Source of the DNA: an uncultured Pseudobdellovibrionaceae bacterium
GTDB lineage: Bacteria > Bdellovibrionota_B > Oligoflexia > Oligoflexales > Bog-1112
Assembly: GCA_964611335.1 (NCBI GenBank)
Contig: CAZSXR010000001.1
Coordinates: 744,020-808,019 of the forward strand
DNA length: 64,000 bases
Direction of reading: 5' to 3'
Shown here: one piece after another, positions 30,346-38,203 of the stretch
How the letters are laid out: every line of letters begins with the position of its first letter
How positions within the stretch are numbered: position 1 is the stretch's first letter
The notes under the pieces: model-generated
Seen by the model: only the letters and a program-made list of their open reading frames with translations
Databases searched by the model: none
What the model was told of the DNA's origin: nothing
Position numbers and translations under genes: made by a program

Positions 30346-31245
30346 ATGAAAAGTTCAAATGTTTATACTGTTATGGGAGCTACAGGAAAAGTTGGTTACG
30401 AACTCGCACGTACTTTCATCAACAAAGGATACAGTGTTCGTGCAGTAGGTCGTGATTCAAAGAAACTTACAGAGCTACAAAAAATGGGTGCAAAGACCTA
30501 CTCGGTAGCTTTTGATAATTATGAGGAGCTTACAAAAATTTTCACAGGCTCAACAGCTGTATTTACAATGTTGCCTTCAGCTTATTCAGAAAAAGATTAC
30601 TATGCTTATTCTGATAAAGTGAGCCAAGCCTATTATTATGCTATTGAAAAAAGTGGTGTGAAATATGTTGTAAACTTGAGCAGTGTCGGTGCTCAGTATT
30701 CAGAAGGTACTGGTATAATAAAAGCACACTACTACAATGAACAACGTTTGAATTCATTGAAAGGTGTGAATGTTATGCACATCCGTGCTCCTTACTTCAT
30801 GGAAAATTTCTACTGGTCAAGCCAAGAAATTGAATCCAAAGGAACACTGTCTTTGCCATTCCGCAAAGACCTTTCTGTCTATTTTGTTTCTACAAGCGAT
30901 GTTGCAAAAAAAGCTTACGAGTACATGGAAAAACTTTCTTACACAGGTTATTCTTATGTTGAGCTTTATGGCCCAGAAAATGTGACTTACGAGCAGGCTG
31001 CAAGCTATTTTTCAAAAGCTTACAACCGTCCTGTTCATTACTATCAAAGTTCATACAATGATGCAGAGAAAATGCTTGCTACTTACTACAATACAAACTC
31101 TGCAAAGTACTTTGTAGAATACTACAAAGCTATGAACGAAGGCCGCATTTCTTACACACAAAAACAAAATCCACAAAACACATGCACATACACTTTCAAC
31201 TCTTTCGCAACTCAGTACTACAATAAGAAAAAAGTTGCAGCTTAA
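30346..31245 (+). CDS. NmrA-like / NAD(P)H-binding family protein
   Basis: N-terminal Rossmann motif VMGATGKVGYELARTFINKGYSVRAVGRD. 299 aa, typical of the family. Confidence 0.7.
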   Translation: MKSSNVYTVMGATGKVGYELARTFINKGYSVRAVGRDSKKLTELQKMGAKTYSVAFDNYEELTKIFTGSTAVFTMLPSAYSEKDYYAYSDKVSQAYYYAIEKSGVKYVVNLSSVGAQYSEGTGIIKAHYYNEQRLNSLKGVNVMHIRAPYFMENFYWSSQEIESKGTLSLPFRKDLSVYFVSTSDVAKKAYEYMEKLSYTGYSYVELYGPENVTYEQAASYFSKAYNRPVHYYQSSYNDAEKMLATYYNTNSAKYFVEYYKAMNEGRISYTQKQNPQNTCTYTFNSFATQYYNKKKVAA

Positions 31246-31315
31246 TCAAATGTCGAGGTCACTTCATCTGAATTCTTCACCTTTGGTGTAGAAAGGCGTT
31301 GTTGATCTCGACTTT

Positions 31316-31996
31316 TTAGCTTTTTGGTGCTCTGAATGGATGAGGAGGGGAAACGACTGCAAAGTTGAATATAGGACTTTGAAAGTGGTTCCACACTCTT
31401 ATCCAAACCATCACCATCATTTCTGCTGCTCTTGCTCCTGTAATATCTCCAAGATCTATGAAAGAATCTTCAGACCATCCAAAAGCATCATGAAGCAATA
31501 TAATCACATTTTTCTTCGCATCCTCATGATTACTTGCTAGAAAAAGATGATGTTTTCCCGGAAGAGAAGAAGGATTCACCATGAGGTCTGCTGTGAGTGT
31601 ATTCAGAGTTTTTACCACTTTTGTCTTCGGATAATGTTTTTGAATCTGTTCTGCTAGCGAATCTTTGTTGCAAACAAAGAGACTCGCTTCCCCACTTGAG
31701 GAAAATTCAAGTGCATTGGAAGTATCTATAATGATTTTCGAGCCTAAGTTTTTTTCACCCGCAAGTTCCATCGCATGCATCGTTGCAGAACCCAAAGTGC
31801 AATTAAAAATCAGTTCTCCAAAGGCAGCAGATTCTTCGAATGTTCCCAAGGAAACTTTTGCAAGTTTCTTCGTCCATTCCTTTGCTTTCGGATTGTTAGC
31901 GTCTCTTGATCCCACTTTAACTTCATGTCCAACACTCGCTAGTTTCGTAGCGATGGTCTGACCTACCATTCCTGTTCCTAATACACTTATCTTCAT
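31316..31996 (-). CDS. NAD(P)-binding oxidoreductase (NADPH-dependent F420 reductase-like)
   Basis: MKISVLGTGMVGQTIATKLASVGHEVKVGSRD Rossmann start. I use ATG 31996; the track ORF starts at 32020. Confidence 0.65.
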   Translation of the reverse strand: MKISVLGTGMVGQTIATKLASVGHEVKVGSRDANNPKAKEWTKKLAKVSLGTFEESAAFGELIFNCTLGSATMHAMELAGEKNLGSKIIIDTSNALEFSSSGEASLFVCNKDSLAEQIQKHYPKTKVVKTLNTLTADLMVNPSSLPGKHHLFLASNHEDAKKNVIILLHDAFGWSEDSFIDLGDITGARAAEMMVMVWIRVWNHFQSPIFNFAVVSPPHPFRAPKS

Positions 31997-32256
31997 AACT
32001 TTCTTCCTAATGAAATTCACTCTCTACAAATTATAGTACATTCCCGCAGTGAAAGACCTTCTGATAGTCTCTGGGAAATTTTTTCCTAGAAAAAGTGTTG
32101 GATTTTGGCCGTTTAGCCAACTTGTAAAGACTCTTCAATTTGTGCGATTTAAAATAGTTTTACAAAGTCTTGCACAGACTATTGAAAGACATCGTAAAAT
32201 ATAAAGAAAGGGATTTTTGAAGGTTTTCAGAGGTCTTTCAAAAACAAGGGGGTGTT

Positions 32257-34713
32257 ATGAATAGATTGCAGAAGGGCTTGTTCTTCAGCTTGATTGCGTT
32301 GAGTGCAAGTTCTGCGTTTGCATTTGTTGAAGATCGGCATTCGGAAATGGATTCGGGTTTGCTTCGAGGAAAGAGAGATAAGAAGGTTGAAGAGAAGGTT
32401 CTTCGACCTGAAAGTGTAGTGAGTTCGTCTATTCGTGAATCGGAAGACATGCAAGGTTTGCAAGTTATCAGAGACAAGAAGACAGGACGTATACGTCTTC
32501 TGCATGGCGTTTTTGAAGGTGTGGATGTTTTGAACACTTCAGAACCTTCTGCTTACGTTGAACTTTCGAAACATTATGTAGATCAGCATCCTGAAATTTT
32601 TGAGACCCCCTCTTCTTCTTTGAAAGAACTTCCTTCAGCTCTTTATGTCGGCAAAGATGAGCAGTTTGTTCGCTTCCATGTTTACAGGGATGGCCTTCGT
32701 GTGAAGGATGCATCTGTTGACTTCCGCTTTAAATTTGGAAAACTTCTTCAAATTTCCAATCAAACTTTTGCAGAAGCAGAATCCGTCAATTTGACAGAGC
32801 GTCAAGATCTTCTTGAAAAAGCAGGTGAAGCGCTCAACGCTAAATCCATCACACCTCAAGGTTTTGTCTATAGAGTTGTTGAAACGGCAAATGGTTACGC
32901 TTTAGAGAAGGTTGCAAGTTTCGCAGTTCAAAGTGAAACAAACATGCCCTACACATTAGAGTTGGATGTTAGTAATGGAAAAGTTTATGAATTGAATCGT
33001 AATTTTTATAATTACCAAGGGAATGTACGTGGAGATTTTTATCCACGATGGTATGACGAACCCCTTGCTTCTTATCCTTATCCACTTTTAAGTGTGCAAT
33101 CTACAAAGGGTGAAATTCGTGCAAATCAATCTGGACGCTTTGAAGCAGCTGCAGATTCCGCACCACAGCTGACAGATGGTTTAAGGGGACCTTATGTGAC
33201 TGTGAAAGACACACACAATGCAAATGTGAGTGCAAAGGGTGTCTTGAATGGATCAACTTGGGATGTTTACGTAAAGAAAGAAGGGAACGCACAACCTTGG
33301 ATGGATACACGCATCGCACAGAGCATGATTTATGACAAAGTGACTGCGATGATTCAGTTTGCAAAAAAATATATAGACATGCCTTGGTTCTCAAGATCTT
33401 TGGTAGCGAATGCAAATTTGGATTCTCATTGCAATGCGTATTGGGATGGTTCCACGATCAATCTTTTTACAGGCAATGAACAGTGCGCAAATACAGGTCT
33501 GATTGCCGATGTTATGTATCACGAGTGGGGACACGGTTTGCATCACAATGCAGAAGGCATTGAAGATGGTGCTTTGTCTGAAGGTTTCGGAGATATCATG
33601 TCTCTTGTGATGACACATTCCAACTTACTGGGAATTGGTTTCATGCTTTCAAATCGCGCGCCTGTTCGTGATATCAAACCCGCTCGTATTTATCCAAGAG
33701 ATCGTGGAGAAGTACACTCCGAAGGTACGATTATCGCTTCCACTTTCTGGGAGCTTTTCGAAAAGCTTACAGCAAAATATGGGGAAGCAAAAGCGGGTGA
33801 CATGATTGCAAACTACGCTTTCAAAATGATATTCACTTCCCGCACCTATCTCGATGTTTATCACGCTTTACTTGTCATCGACTCCAAAGGGGGAGATCCT
33901 TCTAAAGGCACTCCCAACCAATGTTTGTTGAACGAAGTTTTCCACAATCATGGACTAGCAGAAAAAGAAGCAGCATGTGAGCTGGCTTCCGTTGATGCGT
34001 GGGAAGTGGATGGTGGAAGCAATGTGATTTTAAAACCAGGAACAACTGTAGACCTTCGTTTGAAAGCAAAGAACGCAGCCTCTCAGGTTCTCCATGGCCT
34101 CCAAGGCACTCTCTCTACACAGGATCTTCCTGGCGCCGTATTCGAAGAAGCAAACTTGCGATGGGAGGACATTCCTTCAGGAGCCTCCCTCTATAGTGAA
34201 AATGCAGCACGTCTGAGAATCCCTGCTTCTGCAAAGTGCGGTTTGAATTTCCACACGAACGTGAATCTGAAAGCAGGTTCTCGTGAACTAACCCTCACCA
34301 AAGAATGGGTTCTCGGTCGCAATGAAGGTGTCGCAAAATCTTATGCAAGCACACAGCTTCCTCAACCCATTAAAGACTTCAAAACAGCAAGCGCTGTTCT
34401 GAAAGCCAGTGACGCAAAATGGCAAGCAGACACCAAGGTCCTCAAAGCGGAGCTGAAATTCGATCTCACACACAGCTTCCTTGGCGATCTCATCATTTCT
34501 TTGAAAGCTCCAGATGGCACGACCACTCAAGTCTACAAAGGAAGCGGAAGGGGTCAGGGCTCCTTGCATTTCAACGCAGAGATCCCCGCCCTTAAGGGTA
34601 AGAACATTTCTGGGGACTGGACTCTTCTCGTAAAAGACTCCGCTGCGAGTGACGAAGGAACCTTGTCCTCATTTACTCTCCTTCTAACCCCAGCCCTTTT
34701 TAGCTGCGAGTAG
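32257..34713 (+). CDS. secreted thermolysin-like (gluzincin) zinc metalloprotease with C-terminal proprotein-convertase P-domain
   Basis: Signal peptide LFFSLIALSASSAFA. NAYWDGSTINLFTG, VMYHEWGHGLHH (HExxH) and EGFGDIMS (third-ligand Glu region) support the protease call. The C-terminus LGDLIISLKAPDGTTTQVYKG..GDWTLLVKDSAASDEGTLSSFTLLL is a P/homo-B domain pattern. Confidence 0.85.
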   Translation: MNRLQKGLFFSLIALSASSAFAFVEDRHSEMDSGLLRGKRDKKVEEKVLRPESVVSSSIRESEDMQGLQVIRDKKTGRIRLLHGVFEGVDVLNTSEPSAYVELSKHYVDQHPEIFETPSSSLKELPSALYVGKDEQFVRFHVYRDGLRVKDASVDFRFKFGKLLQISNQTFAEAESVNLTERQDLLEKAGEALNAKSITPQGFVYRVVETANGYALEKVASFAVQSETNMPYTLELDVSNGKVYELNRNFYNYQGNVRGDFYPRWYDEPLASYPYPLLSVQSTKGEIRANQSGRFEAAADSAPQLTDGLRGPYVTVKDTHNANVSAKGVLNGSTWDVYVKKEGNAQPWMDTRIAQSMIYDKVTAMIQFAKKYIDMPWFSRSLVANANLDSHCNAYWDGSTINLFTGNEQCANTGLIADVMYHEWGHGLHHNAEGIEDGALSEGFGDIMSLVMTHSNLLGIGFMLSNRAPVRDIKPARIYPRDRGEVHSEGTIIASTFWELFEKLTAKYGEAKAGDMIANYAFKMIFTSRTYLDVYHALLVIDSKGGDPSKGTPNQCLLNEVFHNHGLAEKEAACELASVDAWEVDGGSNVILKPGTTVDLRLKAKNAASQVLHGLQGTLSTQDLPGAVFEEANLRWEDIPSGASLYSENAARLRIPASAKCGLNFHTNVNLKAGSRELTLTKEWVLGRNEGVAKSYASTQLPQPIKDFKTASAVLKASDAKWQADTKVLKAELKFDLTHSFLGDLIISLKAPDGTTTQVYKGSGRGQGSLHFNAEIPALKGKNISGDWTLLVKDSAASDEGTLSSFTLLLTPALFSCE

Positions 34714-34747
34714 ATTTCTGCACCTGAGGGCTAGCTCCGTCCCACTT

Positions 34748-34785
34748 AAAAACACCGCCACATCTAGTTGGCGGTGTTTTTTTCA
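34748..34785 (+). terminator. Rho-independent terminator after the metalloprotease gene
   Basis: AAAAACACCGCCA-catctagt-TGGCGGTGTTTTT: 10+ bp GC-containing stem, 8-nt loop, T7 tail. Confidence 0.85.
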
Positions 34786-34908
34786 TGCCTTTTAGGACTA
34801 TATTTAAAAACCGCTTGTTTTTTCTTTGCAGATGTAGTGAAAAAAGCGAGCAGATCATGTAAGATATTTTTTTTTTCAAGCGTCCGAAGGAAAGAGGAAT
34901 CACCGTCT

Positions 34909-35529
34909 ATGTCACGATACACTGGCCCAAGAATAAGACTTATGCGCGCTGTTGGTATGGATCTTCCAGGTTTATCTCGTAAAACCATTGAAAGGAAGCC
35001 GACACCACCAGGAATGCGTGAGGGGCAATACAAAAAGAAGAAGAGTGAGTACGGAACTCAGCTTCTAGAAAAACAAAAAATCCGTTTTAATTATGGAATT
35101 ACAGAGACCTACCTAAGACGTCTTGTGAAGGAAGCCTTTGCATCACGTGAGCACTCTGGAAACAAGTTGTTGGAACTTCTTGAACGTCGTTTGGACAACG
35201 TTGTATTCCGTGCTGGTTTGGCTCCATCGATTTCAGGTGCACGTCAGCTTGTCAATCACAAGCACGTGTTGGTTGACGGCAAGAAAGTCAACATCCCATC
35301 TTACCAGGTCAAACCAGGCCAGGTGGTTACACTTACAGAAAAAGCTTCTAAAATTCCGTCTGTTGTTTATGCATTAGAAAATCCTACATTGGCGCGTCCA
35401 GCTTGGATTTCTTTTGAGAAAGATCAGAACACCGCGAAGATGATTACGGCTCCTGATAGGGATTCATTCCCCTTTGCAATTGATGCACAGTTGCTAGTGG
35501 AATACTATGCTCGTAGGGTTAGTCGCTAA
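34909..35529 (+). CDS. rpsD: 30S ribosomal protein S4
   Basis: MSRYTGPRIRLMRAVGMDLPGLS...LEKQKIRFNYGITE...RLDNVVFRAGLAPSISGARQLVNHKHVLVDGKKVNIPSYQVKPG (S4 domain). The track's 5' extension (from 34768) runs through the upstream terminator and is rejected. Confidence 0.95.
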   Translation: MSRYTGPRIRLMRAVGMDLPGLSRKTIERKPTPPGMREGQYKKKKSEYGTQLLEKQKIRFNYGITETYLRRLVKEAFASREHSGNKLLELLERRLDNVVFRAGLAPSISGARQLVNHKHVLVDGKKVNIPSYQVKPGQVVTLTEKASKIPSVVYALENPTLARPAWISFEKDQNTAKMITAPDRDSFPFAIDAQLLVEYYARRVSR

Positions 35530-35534
35530 TCTAC

Positions 35535-35565
35535 AAAGTCCCTTTTTGGGACTTTTTTCTTTTTC
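35535..35565 (+). terminator. Rho-independent terminator after rpsD
   Basis: AAAGTCCC-ttttt-GGGACTTT (8-bp stem, 5-nt loop) followed by TTTCTTTTT. Confidence 0.8.
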
Positions 35566-35571
35566 GAGTTT

Positions 35572-36465
35572 ATGGACACACTTACACGCGCTGCTAAGAG
35601 CTTGCGGGAACAGTTGGAAGAACCGTATTTCGGTCCTGAGACTCTTCCTCAGCTCCCCTGTTCACTGAAGTCTCGTCTTCCGTGTTGCAGGGGGCGTGGC
35701 TATGTGGTGCGTCCACTCGGACCTTATGCACATGCTGAACTTTGTGTTTGTGTACAGAATTGCAAGAGTTGTGGTGGTAAAGCACAGCTCATTGTTAACA
35801 ATGCTGTCAAAGCATGTCGCAATCCTGATCCTCGTCGCATTATCAATATATTCAACCGTGCGTTTATTCCCGCTCGTTATTCTGAAGCCCATCTCAGTGT
35901 CTTTCACAATATGACAGGTAACTGTCTGAGAGCCATTCAAGCTTTGCGTCAATGGTTACGTCACTATGATCCTAAAGATCGCAATCAGAAGGGTTTGATA
36001 CTGACGGGTCCTGTGGGTGTAGGTAAGACTTACATTGTTACAGCGATTGCTAAGGGTTTAGCAGAGAAGGGTGTGAGTGTACGTTTCGTAGATTTCTTCC
36101 AACTGACTTCGCAGATCAAGGGAGCTTATTCTGAAAGCAAGTCGGAGAAGAAGCTAATTGATCCTTTAATTGCTGTCGATGTTCTTGTTATCGATGAGTT
36201 GGGTAAGGGTCGCAATACGGATTTTGAAGCGACTGTTTTGGATCAATTGATTGTAGGTCGTTACAACGAAAATAAAATCTTGGTCGCTTCGACCAATCTT
36301 TCTATCAAACCTCATATTCCTGACAAGGAAGACGACAATTCTTTCCATTACCTTGGCTCTTTGGAACACCGAGTGGGTCCGAGGATTTTTTCTAGACTGG
36401 TTGAAACCAGTACTTTCGTTGAGATTGATGGGGATGACTTCCGTAATCAGGCTTTGCAAAAGTGA
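35572..36465 (+). CDS. DnaC/DnaI/IstB-like AAA+ ATPase with Cys-rich (zinc-ribbon-like) N-terminus; probable helicase loader
   Basis: Walker A LILTGPVGVGKTY and Walker B VLVIDELGKGRNTDFE. The N-terminus carries CSLKSRLPCCRGRGY...CVCVQNCKSCGGK cysteines. No SD; the ATG lies 7 nt after the rpsD terminator tail. Confidence 0.75.
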   Translation: MDTLTRAAKSLREQLEEPYFGPETLPQLPCSLKSRLPCCRGRGYVVRPLGPYAHAELCVCVQNCKSCGGKAQLIVNNAVKACRNPDPRRIINIFNRAFIPARYSEAHLSVFHNMTGNCLRAIQALRQWLRHYDPKDRNQKGLILTGPVGVGKTYIVTAIAKGLAEKGVSVRFVDFFQLTSQIKGAYSESKSEKKLIDPLIAVDVLVIDELGKGRNTDFEATVLDQLIVGRYNENKILVASTNLSIKPHIPDKEDDNSFHYLGSLEHRVGPRIFSRLVETSTFVEIDGDDFRNQALQK

Positions 36466-37193
36466 ATTGCCGACTTGCTCAATGGAAAGATCCAAAAATT
36501 TCTGGTGTTCCAGGATTGCTTTGGAAGGATTCCAAATTTCAAATTTTACAAGATTATTTTTCGTGTTGTGAGGGAAAGGGTTTGCGTTGGGACTCTGTTA
36601 ACGAATTTGCACGTTCCTGCAAATTGCAAAATCACAAACGCAAAGTGGATGCGATCGTGAATAATTTTAATGAGCTTTGGCCACAGACTGAATTTCCTCT
36701 GGAGTTATCTTCAGAAGATTCGGTCTTTTTTTTGCAGTGGTTGAAGGGTTTGCCCCACACTTCGGGATATTTACAAACTTGTAAACGAGACGGAGCGAAG
36801 CCGAGTTCTTTTTGGTATTTTGCCTTGTTAACATCGTGGCGTTTTGGAGTTCCTGTTCATGTTTTTAGTATGGGTCGTTCCAAAGATAAAGATGTGATTC
36901 CGAATATCCCTGTTAACGAGTATCCGATTGTTTACTTTCTCGACAATGTTAACGAGTTGTGGAAACCAAAATACAAAGAACAAATCTCTGCAATTATAAA
37001 TTGGTGTGAGCAGAGTGAAGTACCATTGTGGATGGAGTTGCGTGAAGCTCCTTTGGTATCACAAAGTGAGGCATGGGATGTGAAAGAAGCTTTTAGAAGT
37101 TATCTTTCGAAAGTAAAGTCTAGACCCCTGTTAGATTGGTTGGATGCAGATTGTTTGTCGCGACTTCATCGTGTGAGTGTTGCGAAAGTTTAA
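36462..37193 (+). CDS. hypothetical protein translationally coupled to the DnaC-like ATPase
   Basis: GTG start overlaps the upstream stop (GTGA at 36462-36465). 243 aa with no family recognised. Confidence 0.55.
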   Translation: MNCRLAQWKDPKISGVPGLLWKDSKFQILQDYFSCCEGKGLRWDSVNEFARSCKLQNHKRKVDAIVNNFNELWPQTEFPLELSSEDSVFFLQWLKGLPHTSGYLQTCKRDGAKPSSFWYFALLTSWRFGVPVHVFSMGRSKDKDVIPNIPVNEYPIVYFLDNVNELWKPKYKEQISAIINWCEQSEVPLWMELREAPLVSQSEAWDVKEAFRSYLSKVKSRPLLDWLDADCLSRLHRVSVAKV

Positions 37194-37199
37194 GGAGAG

Positions 37200-37517
37200 A
37201 TGGAAATGTTGACTTGGACGCCGGAAGATTTGGAGAAAGTTTTAGATGAGGGCAAAGATGTCTTTTTGAAACTTTGGAAACCTGGATGTGGAGCTTGTAA
37301 GTTATCGCAACCTGCAGTGAAGAGGTTGGAAGAAACTTATGGTGAGAAGTTTTTATTTGGTGAGATTGATGTTTTGGAGTTTCCGGAGATTTTAGAGATT
37401 GCCGATACAGAAGTGCTCCCTGTTTTTTTTATTTTTAAGAATAAGAAGTTGCTTGGAAAGAGTATTGGGTTTAAAGGACAGGCTAAATTACAGGATTTTG
37501 TAGATTCTTGTAAATGA
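37200..37517 (+). CDS. thioredoxin-family protein (CGAC active site)
   Basis: VFLKLWKPGCGACKLSQPAVKRLEE...VLPVFFIFKNKKLLGKSIGF. AAGGAG SD; the second ATG at 37206 has better spacing. Confidence 0.8.
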   Translation: MEMLTWTPEDLEKVLDEGKDVFLKLWKPGCGACKLSQPAVKRLEETYGEKFLFGEIDVLEFPEILEIADTEVLPVFFIFKNKKLLGKSIGFKGQAKLQDFVDSCK

Positions 37518-37523
37518 AGCTTC

Positions 37524-37781
37524 TTAAATTGAGTTTTTATAAAGATCTGAAATGGGAAAAATCAAATCAAAATCTCCCCACATTAGTTCGCCGTCTTTGA
37601 CGATGTAATTAGAAAAATTTTTTCGTTTTAAATATTTTCTAATTTCAGGATGCAGAGAACGTTTTAAAAAAGGTTCAAAATCAACTTCACGAATAGTTTC
37701 ATCTGAAAATTTGATACGAAGAGAATATCCACCTGAATATTTAACGTCTTTAATTTTTATTATTTTAGGAGAAGTTTTCAT
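37524..37781 (-). CDS. DUF2442 domain protein
   Basis: IKIKDVKYSGGYSLRIKFSDETIREVDFEPFL...GELMWGDFDLIFPISDLY fits the DUF2442 pattern. ATG 37781 overlaps the upstream stop (ATGA). The track ORF runs to 37841. Confidence 0.7.
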   Translation of the reverse strand: MKTSPKIIKIKDVKYSGGYSLRIKFSDETIREVDFEPFLKRSLHPEIRKYLKRKNFSNYIVKDGELMWGDFDLIFPISDLYKNSI

Positions 37782-38080
37782 AGTTTCCCCGTAATGACTT
37801 TGGGAACTATTTTTCGGTGGTAAATAAAATAATTGACCCAATGTTGTATGATTTCATCACCCAAAACTTTCACTAGCTTTTTAAAATGTTTAGCCTGTGC
37901 TGAAGGAAGAGTTTTATGGCCTGCGACTTCTCGAAGTTTTAAACTTTCAATCACTCCATTTTTAATAACAATTTCAATTTTATTTTCACAATTTCCATAA
38001 CGTCCATGAACATGAATGGGTTCATGCTTATTCGAATAAAAGAAAACTACAATTCCAAGATATTCGTACAACTTTGGCAT
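37778..38080 (-). CDS. DUF4160 domain protein
   Basis: MPKLYEYLGIVVFFYSNKHEPIHVHGRYGNCENKIEI is the characteristic DUF4160 N-terminus (F-Y-x-N-x-H-x-P-x-H-x-H). Confidence 0.75.
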   Translation of the reverse strand: MPKLYEYLGIVVFFYSNKHEPIHVHGRYGNCENKIEIVIKNGVIESLKLREVAGHKTLPSAQAKHFKKLVKVLGDEIIQHWVNYFIYHRKIVPKVITGKL

Positions 38081-38203
38081 AGCTTACCCTAGTGTTTAAT
38101 TAAGGATCAATTCAAAAGATATAGTATTTTAAGATTCAAGGGGATCTAATTTTTTCTACGTTTCGCATGGTATTATAGTGAAAGACCAGCTAGGAATTTT
38201 ACT

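Noticed and set aside
34768-34908. 5' extension of rpsD in the ORF track, and minus-strand ORFs 34700..34903 and 34764..35033
   Set aside because: The extension reads through the metalloprotease terminator hairpin and a T10 tract. S4 homology begins exactly at MSRYTGPR (34909). The antisense ORFs overlap this non-coding leader or the rpsD start and have no support.
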